NCBI RefSeq assembly: GCF_009914755.1
Contig: NC_060943.1
DNA from: the human T2T-CHM13v2.0 reference genome, Homo sapiens
DNA length: 64,000 nucleotides
Direction: 5' to 3' (one strand)
Shown one piece after another: positions 1-11,200 of this stretch. The position numbers and the translations under genes are program-made. The stretch's first letter is position 1. Each line of letters starts with the position of its first letter. The notes beneath the pieces were generated by a model. That model was not told the origin of the DNA and did not search any database. It saw only the letters and a program-made list of their open reading frames with translations.

Positions 1-3000
1 ACAAAAACCAGACCCATCTCAGCAAGGGGACCTGGATCGGCCCTTTTCACCCGCATATCATCTTGAACCCAAACAGTCCCTTGAACCAGCAAATCCTCAG
101 CCAACCCCGTGGCATGCAGAGTGTGTTATCTCTCCAGGCAGATCCACTTTATAAACCACCAAAGAAGCCCCATGGAAGGTTCTGCTTGCAACAAAAAAAA
201 CAAACATGCTGATGTCACTCCAACCTGAGCTCTTGGGCCCCAGTGATGGGGCCCGGGGGACTTTACAGTGGGATGCTTGTCCCAGAGCTGCCTCTCCAGG
301 CCAAGTGAGCCATCATCCTGGGACCACCTGGACCAGCCAGGCCCCCATGAAACTTGGCCAGCGCGTTCCCGTTAAAAATGGTCCTGCCATTCACCTCAGC
401 CAGGTTCCCGCACGCACGCTAATAAGTACTTGTTTGTTGAACTGAAAAATCATTACCACAGAACACGTCAAGTAATGAAAGATGTTTTCCTTGCAGAAAT
501 GTTAAATACTCCACTTCTTTCACAAGGAGCGTGTACGTGTGTTTCCAAATAATACCTTGCTCCCTCCCCACCCACACTACATCAGAAAGTATGGAGCTCC
601 AAGACCCAATTTGAACAGGGCTCATGTTGCACGGCTCTAAGAACCAAGAACATGCTGTTATTTTATTTATTTTCCTTTGCCCAGCTGACTACGTGTTTGT
701 TCTATTAGTTATTCACCTAACCATCTCGGTAGGAACCTCCGTCACTGTCACGTAGGGGAGGGTCCACTCTGCCTTATGATTTTATACAGAAAAGCAAGAG
801 AAAATAACACCACCGCAGCCTCATCTATTACACACCCATAGTATTTGCTAACTAATATATGTGAAAGAGCCATTTTACTACAACCTCAGAGCAGAAACAA
901 AGGCAAGAAATGGAATGGGAACATTTCACCACATGAAAACCACTGATAACCCATCTTCTCCTCTGGCAAATATGAATCTCTGCCCCCTTTCAAAAGCTTT
1001 TTGTTAGGCAGATGAGTAATAACAATTGCGTCTTATGCAATGCACTGAGGTCTTTTAAGTGTTTTGGAATGTCTCTACCTACAGGGAGTCACACTGGTTA
1101 ATTTCTGCTGCCTTTCCCTCTCATCCTAAGGCTTCAGGCAAAGCCAGCAGGGTGGGGGCTGAGCCTGCTTTGAGTCTATGGCAGCTGAGTTAGGAAAAAC
1201 CAAAATGACTTCCAGGTAACCTTGTCTCATGGAACTCCAGGAGGCAAATACACATCACTTAGATAGAACACTCAAATATCAAGTTGATGCGGGGGTCAGT
1301 GGAGTCTTAGGTTTTCTCACCATAACATATGGCTTTGAATGTGGTGGCTCTATCCTGCCATGCCCCCTTGAGACATAAGAGACCTATGTTTATGCCTGGC
1401 TCCCATGTCAGAGAATCCATAACCTGGGGACGGAGATGCTGAAATCCTGGCCAAAATGCACACCCACAGAAGCCAAATCTCCTCTAAAGAATAAGCAATC
1501 ATCATCCCTTCTTCCTGCCCTCTCTCTGTCATGTGTTCAGTGAGTCACTCAAAAAGCTGCCAGGGGTTACCTGGGGGAGCAAGAAACACGAGATCCTGAC
1601 CAGGGCTCCAGGAAAAATGACCTGCGTGAACTTCTCAAAACTTAAAGACTTTCCCTCTTCTTCACCCATTGCTTGTTTTCCCATTTTTAAGAGGGAGCAA
1701 ATCTCACTCTAATTTTACTAGCATTAAAGGTTGACATTTTTTATATGTGAATTCACAAATCTACCATAAATGATTCACGGGATCTTTCTTCCTTTGCCCT
1801 TCCCCGACGAACCGCCACATTTTGGAACTGCGTTGGCTGACATTAAGCAAAGCGCTTTCTCAGCAATTATTTGGAAAGGAGAGATGGCAACTACAAGAAT
1901 TTCTCTCTGAGGAACAGAGGAGCTACCCTCACGGCCCACTTCCAAATGGCCAGGTCTCACGGAAGACAGGAGGGCCTCCTCCCCTGCCCGGACACTGCCA
2001 TCCACCTGAAGCTCTCAAGCCCTGGTCAGGCATCTACTGGAATCTCTGGCATTCCTGCAGCACACCCCGTTGTTGGTCTAGAACAGGTACTGACTGCCCT
2101 GGAAAATACTGACCTTAAGGACCACTGCTGTGTGTTCAGAAAACTCAAGAGACTGGTTGTCTCCCACTCAGACTTGTGAGCTTAGAAGGCCACCAAGGAG
2201 ATTCCGGCTCAAGAACCCAAATCGTCACCTGAAGTCGAAGCCACTCATTTCCCTAAAGGCCAAGTTCTGATAAGGAACACTTGCCCCAGCCTCCTGAACA
2301 GGTGAGACCTCTGTGAGGGTACCAGCAGGCCTGGCAGGTGCTTTTGCTTATCTGGGTCTCTCTCTACATATATTTCTCTATCCCCAAAAGGCCAGAGCTG
2401 TGTCACCCCCGTGGGCTCCAAGTGCATTCATTACAGAAGGTGGACGTCACACCATGAGGTGCAGCCACCTGAGATTCCTCTGGGACTCTTGGCAAAAAAT
2501 CCCCGGTGCTGTGACAGGGAGGGAGTCAGGGACGGAGTCCCTAGTGCACTGATCTGGCGTTCCCTGAAAACGGTGTCCCAGCTCAAAAATGTGTTGCTTT
2601 CTTCCTTTTCATGAATTCTAATATTCAAGCCTTTTTTCCTCCTGCTAATTTTAGAAGTCCTGCTATTCTTTGGGAAGAGAATGGTGTGAAAATCAAGCAT
2701 AGTATCCAAAAATAAAAGAGTAGATCTGTTTCAGGGTTTGCAGCATATTTCACTGAAAAGCAACTCCAGATATGCCACTTTCTATCTAGTTTTTAATACA
2801 TTTTCCAATTCCTCCAGAATATTTTAGCTTCAGAAAAAGCAAGAACGAACTTCCTGAACTATGACAATTTTTTTTGAGGCTGAAAGGGGCACCCAGAATG
2901 GTCTTTAAACCATGACTGGGGGCCTTTTCAGAATGTGACGCCAGGTTATCGCTCTCTGGCTGGGACTCTGTAGTGCACTTTGTGGGACCACACGGAGACA

Positions 3001-3619
3001 GATTCGAAGTAGGATGGATGGATTCTCTAGGTCCTTGAGCATGTTCCAGTTAGGCAAGAGGCCAGAGGAGATGCATAGCTTACTCTGAGCATCTTGACGG
3101 TGGACCTCATGGAATGTCTTTCAAGCTTCCCATCTTCATGTTTTAAAAAATCCGGTTATCTAAGGAACGAAGTTTCAGACCCACCAGAACTGTAGAAGGG
3201 CATCGGATCCTGGTCAGCAGGGTCTCACTCCAGTTCTTCGGGGTCTGAGACTCTCTGGAAGAGCCAAGAATGTGGGCTGGGGAGTGGAGGGAACAGATGC
3301 GGGGCACCAGTGGATACCTGAAGACCCCAGCCTGTGCCTCCTCACCAGCCAGGAAAGCCAGAGATTTTTAACAAAAAGTTAGAACTTTGTGTCAAGCCCT
3401 TCAAGCAAACAATAAATATTACTTCTGTTCATAATCAGACTTCTCTCCAGCATCGTCTTTGAATGTTGAACCTTTTTCAATTAATTAAAAACTATGCACT
3501 GCAGAGTGCATATTTTATCAGCCCTCAGCTGCTTAAGTGTCTAGAAAAGACCAGGCAGTTTTTCTTTCTTTCTTCCTTTCTTTTTCTTTTTTTCTATTTT
3601 TTTTTTTTTTTTTTTACAG

Positions 3620-3845
3620 GCAACCCAGAGCAAGTACTTGCAAGGGTCATATCTTTTTAATTATCTTTTCTCTCTTTGATTAATTATTCCGTCTGACAAT
3701 AGCGTGTTTCTAATGCTATTCACCTGCCTTTGATGATTGACAACTTTTCTGTCTGATTCAGAGCAAACAGCTGCTGCCACAATCTCCTAGCAACCCGGGT
3801 GTGATGGATGAGCCCCCAAGATGGATGGCTGCAATAAATCATGTC
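3620..3845. promoter_or_regulatory. Intronic enhancer-like element (TCF/LEF, PBX-HOX and PBX-MEIS motifs)
   Basis: CTTTGAT at 3674 and 3728; TGATTAAT at 3677; TGATTGACAA at 3734; TGATGGAT at 3802. Confidence 0.6.
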
Positions 3846-4302
3846 TCCAGCCATAAAACTGAGAAAAGGGGATAAGAAGAAAAGCGAACAAAAAACAAAA
3901 CAAGGTTTCTTCCCATGAGTGCACTCAGTTCCTTACCAATTATACCTGAAATGGACTTTGCACCTATTAATAGCAAAGTTTTTCTAATCAGTAAAAATGG
4001 GATGATGGCATTTGTATCAAAGGTGTTTACAATTGTTCCTGCAAATTGGCACTTGTACTCCAATCACCTTCAACACTGCCCAAGTGCAAGGGCAGATGAT
4101 CAAAGTTTTGCCTTCTTCCACGAAGTCTCAGCAAGGAACAACATCACCTTTGTACCACTGGCTACGATTCCAGGCACCAACAAAGAATACCAATCTGATT
4201 CTACCCAATTTTTGGCAGCAGCTGGACAACACCAAAAGTAAATTCTAAGTCATGCTGAATGCAGTGCAAAGTGTTAGGCTGCGAATAAAGTTATTTCAAA
4301 AT

Positions 4303-4304
<2 letters not shown>

Positions 4305-4337
<33 letters not shown>
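4305..4337. repeat. (CA)n microsatellite
   Basis: About 16 perfect AC units. Confidence 0.95.
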
Positions 4338-4339
<2 letters not shown>

Positions 4340-6923
4340 GTTGCCTGGAGTTGATGAGTGAATCAGTACCATTTCCATTTCTTTCCTGTTCATGGCAGTT
4401 GCAGGCGTTTTACATGTCAGGGAAAAGTTTGTCCCAGAAGCAGCAAGATAGGAACATTCAGCCCTTTCACAAATTCTAGATTCTCATTTCTTTAGGTAGA
4501 AAAACTCTTCCGTTCTAACTTTCTATCCCATCATTCTTAAAAATTAATGTCCACACTGTAAGTCATACAACAAGCCTTTGATTTCATTAGCAACCCCAAA
4601 TAAAGTCACATATTTAATAGAATCCCTGCCAATTAAATTTGCACTATCGGGGCTCTCCCAGTAGTGTAGATCCAGCAGGAAGGCCTAGAGTTTCTGCTTT
4701 CCTTTTTCCACCAGGGAAGCAGGCTGCAAGGCCTCTTGCAGCAGAAGAGGTGGAAAGGCCAGAGCTTCACCGACTCCTCAGGCAGCTGGGGGCTGTGTCA
4801 GTGAACCAGGCTGCGTCCCTGAGTACTTCCAGTAGGTGGGGGTGTCCTGGTGCACACAGCTCAAGGGTGCAAACCCAGAAGCGATTAACTGGCAGGGCTT
4901 GGGAACAGCTGTCCACATCAGGCCTGGTGGGGGTCTGCTGGGGCCCTGCAGAGGGGACAGAGCTCAGACACAAAGGGGAAGAGGCTGCTGGGAGCCCGGG
5001 CAGGGAGCCGCAAAAGATTATTTTTTATCTGAAATATTCCTGAGACGTGGAAGTCTTTACGTTTCTTCATTCTCACACTACTAACCAAGCCAACCAAAAG
5101 ATTTTTTTAATAGTTATATTGTGCTAAGCTTTTCAGATACGGTGTTGGTTTTTCTTTTTTTTTTCTTTTTTTTTTTTTTTTTAGCATGACACGGAGTTTA
5201 AAAAAAATCAGACAAGGGTTCTGGCTTCAGCAACTGCAGCTCTGTTTATATTTTAATGTTTTGTACGTGACTGCTTCTGTGGGGGAAGAAAAAGAGGGAG
5301 AGAGAAAGTTGCCTGTGAGCTTTAGTGTAAATCACAGATACTTCATTTTTCTCTGTGTCCTTGGAAATTATTCAAAATTAAAGCCTTCCTCCCTCCATCT
5401 TTTTTTTCTTTCTTTCTTTCTTTCTTTTTTCTTTTTTTTCCAGTGGGGGAGTCTTCTGTATTGCACATGCGAGGGTTTGTGTCTGGTCAGCTGCAATGAG
5501 AAGGCAAGGCCAATCGATAGAAACACACACACAGGCCCCTACCCTGCCCCAGCTTGTCCGACTCTCAAGTTACAGGTTTACCCGGCAAGTCTAAATAATA
5601 TTCAAAATGATAAATGGTACCCGAAGCCCGGCATCCACCATCAATCTTTTTTTAAGGAACATCCATCTTCAATAACGCACGTTTGAATCATGTGAAGTCA
5701 GGAGCCCTGAGATTCATTTCTACCACCCTTTGCAAGCCAGGGTGGCTTGAATGATACCTGTCAACCTTTTTCTTTTTTCTTTTTTTTTTCTCTCCCCTTG
5801 ACTAATGGGGAAAAAAAAAGGCAGGGAAAAGAGAAAAGGAATGAGAAAGGGGGGAAAAAAAGTCAGAAGAGTGTCAAAGGCTGAACAGTGTGGTTTAGCA
5901 GATAATATGAATGAGCATAACCTCTCCCGTGCCTCTGCCAATCTCCCACCCGCCACGCCACGCACCCAGCCATCCAGAAGCAGGCTCTACCCCCTTCTCC
6001 CCTGCCCAGCCTCTTTCCTCCCTTTCCCTCTTGCCAAATCAGCAGAGCTCCCTCCTGCAAGCCACAGGGTACAGTACCAAGAGGAGGAAGAGACAGCCTC
6101 ACATGGACCTGGGCTTCCCTCCCCTCCCCGTAGTCTGGCTGGGGCCCATATGATAAATGACATATGTCATTCTGTCAGGAGGGAAGGGTGGGTCAGTGAT
6201 GTATGACTCTGCTGAAAAGGAAATCGACTGTTTGGCATGGTGCAGCTCTTCTCCACCAGGATTTAGTTTCAGAACTCTGAAATGAATTCTCCGACGTTTC
6301 AAGTGCATACTTAGGGCAGGGTGATGGGAGGCCTGGGAAATCGTACTCCATCCTCCCACTGCCCTTCCCATGGCAAAAAGGAAAAAAAAAAGGGGGGGGC
6401 GTTCTGCTGCTGATACCTGCAAAAGGCCACGCACGTGTCGAAGTCCCTAGCTGTCGCAACACCGTGGGTTATTTAAAAAAATTGACTTTAAAAAAAAAAA
6501 AAGAAAGAAAAGAAATCAAGTGGAGTCAGGTTAGCCCTTTTATTTATTTATTTTTTAATGGCAAAGGGCTGACACAAAAGCAAGATAAAAATTAGCATGT
6601 TTGAAGTAATCGTCCCGCAGCTTGACATCTGCATAGTAAATTTTAAAGGAAAAAAATGTGTCAGACAGCCATGAGCCGCCTCGCCCTCCCCCTTTCATTA
6701 GCTCACTGCCAGGGTGGCACTGCTGAACCTCATTATGGCGAGAGGATTTATGAAGCTGAACCCAATGGCAAAGAAAAGGCATCTGTCAATAATTGTAGGG
6801 AGCTGCACTCACAGCTTTGAAATCTCATTAAGTATGCAGTTATCAGGCATAAAGATCAAAAACATTACTCAACTCCGACAGAATCTTATGGAGGAACATT
6901 AATTAGCAACAGGCCTACAGTAC

Positions 6924-6949
6924 AAAAAAAAAAAAAAAAAAAAAAAAAA
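6924..6949. repeat. A26 homopolymer, not attached to a SINE
   Basis: Direct reading. Confidence 0.95.
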
Positions 6950-8194
6950 CCACAGACTTCCTCTCACACCTGCCCAACCCACAAACCTAAAGCAACACTC
7001 CCCCTCCCGCCTGAAAAAAAATAATTCCCAGCATCTGAAACTGATCAAGAACATGAAACAAGAGAGACGCACACAGAAAAGGGGAAAGGGAGGGAAGGGG
7101 TGGGCGGCGGGCAGGGAGGAGGGGAGAGGGAGGGCGGGGAAATTCAGTTGAGAAAGCCTTGGCGGTGAGGAGAGAAAAGGAAGAAGCTGTCAAACTTGAG
7201 AAGGATGTCAGTGCGGGCCCTGATTACTGGGGCCTATGGAGTTCTCAGACCTTTTATCATCATCACCATCAAAACCAGTCTAGGAGTCACTACCGGGAGG
7301 ACTGGGGGCTGCAGGTTTGCAGCCCAGGCCCAGGGCCCAGACCCCAGGACCCTCTCCTCCAGCCCCTGCTTACCTGGCAGGCAGGAGGCTGCAGGGCCAA
7401 GACCCAGGAGGCAGGCCCCGCTTTCCCCAGCCAGTCTGCACCCAGCCAGCTAAAGCTGGCAGCAAGACCTGCCTTCACAGGCTCTGGACACAGGCCAGGG
7501 AACCACTGCGTTCACCTTCCATCTCTCAACCACTGTAACACACCTTTTTCTTCCTCCAAAGAGACTGCAGCATCCCCTTCTCACACAGGCACCTTCTGTT
7601 ATTTGATTTCTGTGTGCAATCCCTTACTGAAAAATACAATATAGATGGGGGAAGGCACGTGGAAACTGCCAAGCTGACCCTGAGTCCCGAGGCCTCCAGA
7701 CCTCTGTAACACTTGGGACAAGGTGCAGCTCATTACGGGTGTCCAGCAGATCCACACACTAGTTTGACTCTAGGATCTCCAGGAAGGTAAAATTAAATGG
7801 CAAGTTTCCTACCCCACCACATTCTAGCCTCTTGCAAGATGCATTGGCAAAGAGTAATGTACATAATGTACATGTGTTTCAGAAGCATCCCACAAGTATT
7901 GCGCACTTGGGGTCTCAGGCAAACTTCCCTGATGTCCTGTGGTGGTCTGGATCCAGGGTAGGTGCACAGAGGCCTGATGGGGTGGGAGTGTGTCTCAAAT
8001 ACCACACAGGTTTCAGTCCAACAGGCAACATCAGCCACTCCCGGACATGTCATGCAACAGTGAGGCACCATCTGTAGCCCCCACCCCCATGAAAGGTGTA
8101 GGAAAATAATAAAGTAGATATCCTGCATGTTATTTCCCTTATTGCACTGTTATAGAAAGGTGGCCTTCTCTGTTCACCTGCTAGCATGCACTCA

Positions 8195-8210
8195 CTCTCT
8201 CTCTCTCTCT

Positions 8211-8252
<42 letters not shown>
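8195..8252. repeat. Compound (CT)n-(CA)n microsatellite
   Basis: Direct reading. Confidence 0.95.
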
Positions 8253-8253
<1 letters not shown>

Positions 8254-11200
8254 CACTTCCCACAGTCCCACACCATAAGAAAACCTACAGAACAGCTCCT
8301 TTGATCCGAATCCTCTGCTAGCATTCTCCTGGCTCCTCACTCACTCCTAGGCCACATTCTTCCCTGGTTCCACGGCTACTTCTGAAGTGTTTACCTCTCT
8401 GGTCTACTCAGAAGACAATGGTCACCTTTTCATAATTAGCCACATCTTTAAGAAAACGGGCATTAAGATTCCTAGGCAACCAGCTTGGAGATCCCTCCAA
8501 ACCAAGGCCCATCTTTTCCAATAAATGCCTCTCCTTTAGAATATCAATGAACACAGCTCGAATAAACTGTCACCTATGACCAAAAATAGGAACACTTGTC
8601 TATAAACCAGACTTGATGAGAAGGCATTTTAGCAGGAGTATTACAATAAGGTGTTTACATTTTTTATGTACTTACCATATTACCTTTATTATGTGTAACA
8701 TCAAAGTGATTATAGCAATTACGTCTAACAGAATTAATTACAGAACTTCGTATCATTCCAGGATACATAATGCATTAGAGGTAAGCCAAAGAAAGAAAAC
8801 ATCTTGATTGTGGTAACTATTGTTGGGGTGTATTTTCTCTAGCAGCAATGCCACACCAACGGCAGCTTTCTGAGCAATGGAAACTGAGGGGTTTAACAGG
8901 GAAAAAGCTGTATTCTCTTAAAATTGAACTCATGCTTTTTGCTTAATAGTACGTTGGTGATAGTGGACATATAAAATCAATTTAATTTTTTAAGTGTAAA
9001 TCTTTAAAAGGTGCTGGTTAATCCACCCAACCAATGTTAATACATAAAGGAGAAAGCACATGGGTGAAAGACTTACAAGTCTTTACGTATGCAAAATAAA
9101 TTCACTCAAGGCTTCATTAATATTAATTTAAATTCAAAACCCATTTACATTAAATTGTTCATTAAAAATTGCCTATTTTATGCAACATGCATTTCTCAAA
9201 GAACTCAGAGGAAACTGAATACATAGGACTAGATTTAATGATGGGAATGGAAAATCAAAAGTAAATGAATTGGAGTCATTTCACGTATATTACCAAACAG
9301 CCCTTTGCTCTCCATTAAGGATGGGTTCCACTTTGGGAAACAAATATATTTTCTGAATATTGTGTTTTCCATTGCTATAAACTTGTAAACATGACCTTCT
9401 GGCCTACCACAGAGGAAAAAGAAGAAACACAGAGAAACTGGTGGAAGGGAGAGGGCAGCCAATCCAAAACCTGGCTAACATTAAAACAGGGATGGTTTGC
9501 CTTCGGATCTCACCTGGATTCACAGTGCATTGAGAGTTAGGCTTGCGTTTTTAAAAATGTACGTAAGTTAGCATCTGCCAGTGCCCATCTTGATCTAGAA
9601 CTAACAGTGTCTCTCTCCCCTACACTCTACCCTTTACAATCCTTTATTCTCTTAGCGAGGTGACCAGGAATGCGATGACAAGGAGTTGGTAAGTTCCTTG
9701 TGCCCTCCCTCCCGACAACAATCTGAACTTACCCTGTTTCCCCAACAGCTGTTCTGGATGAAGAAAACACAGTCATAATTAATAACATGTGTCCTGACAG
9801 TATGAATTAATAATTTATCATTAAGCCCAAACAAATTTAAATTATTCTTCAAGAGCCACACCTTTGCATATCTGAGAAAATAAGGTAAGGAGATGGTTAA
9901 AATGTCCAGGTAACGTGACCTTCAGTGAACTACTCGCCCCCACCCCCCGGACTGTATCTCTTGGACTATTCTTGTTGAAATGCTAAAATAATTTACAGAA
10001 TTGAAAGTAATTAAACCCAAGAATCTAAATGCTGATCAAACTAAGTGCATGTGCTAGAAATGTCTTCTTTTTTAAATGGGGCTTATAAAATATTCAATAT
10101 TTGGTCAAGGACACTCTGTAATCTTTCTAATAAAGATTCCTAAACCTAGAGTATGACAGTTGTTCAGGCAAGTGGTCATAAGAAGATTATGTTCTATTAC
10201 TGTCTTTTTTTTTTTACTTCCAAAAATGCATAGCGTTATTCTGGTCACAAACAGTGACCTGAATTTTTAAGTCCATTTCTAAGCGTAAATTTCTACAAAT
10301 GGTGAAAAATTAAGAAAAGCTACCAAGTCTATGTCTCCAGTCCTTACAATTCAGGTTTTTTTTTTTGTTTTTTTTTTAAAGAAAATCCAGAAACAGGGGA
10401 AAAATATTGATAGCCATTGTTTAGTGGGATTTAAAAATTTAGTGACTAATTGCAAATACTGGAAACTGGAATTAATCTGTCTGGATTTTTTTAAAAAGGC
10501 TTACAGACATTTAAATGCATGTATCGGGACACTTTATCAACCTAACATAAAATTGTCATCTTATCTTATTATATGACTATTTTATGCATGTGTCAAAGAA
10601 TTTAAAAATGACTGCCTGTCTATTGAGTCTAATTACAACTGCACATTATCTGTCTGGATGTACCAGTCCATATCATTGTTACTAAATACAATATATTGTA
10701 TTCACCTTTCATTTGTAACTTCAGACAGAGAAACCACAATTTAGAGCATAACTAAAACACAGACACAGACACACACACGCACACACAGAGTGAACACCTG
10801 CAAGGGTTTGGGATACTGGATACCACTGTTCCCTTCTGTCCTTTTCCCCTCCATGGGCTTTGAGGGTGATGCTACAGGGGTGTGATAAAGCAGCTGATTT
10901 GAAAGATCCAACTACCTACCTGGGCTGGACACTAACACAGAAGGGTAGACACACACACCCTACTTTATTTCATTTTTATTAATTGTTTTACGACATGACC
11001 AAAGCTATTTTTACCCTCTGCCCAGTGACAGGCAGGGATGAAAATGGGGCAGGAGGAAAGCCTTACAAACTGCACTTGGGATAACTGTGAACTGCTGCCA
11101 CTCTTGGATTAAACATGGCTGTGTGCACCAGGACCGGGCACTTCCTAATCCTTTCCTCTCTGCCTCCCCGCGGGCCTGCCTGCCTGCCTGCTGCAGCCCT

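Noticed and set aside
5765-5870. Pyrimidine tract followed by a purine tract, resembling a hairpin or terminator
   Set aside because: The pairing is driven by low-complexity T and A runs and is imperfect; intrinsic terminators are not relevant in this genome.
6924-6949. A26 as the tail of a processed pseudogene or SINE
   Set aside because: No upstream retro-element body, poly(A) signal or TSD is seen; treated as a simple homopolymer that could cause oligo-dT internal-priming artefacts.
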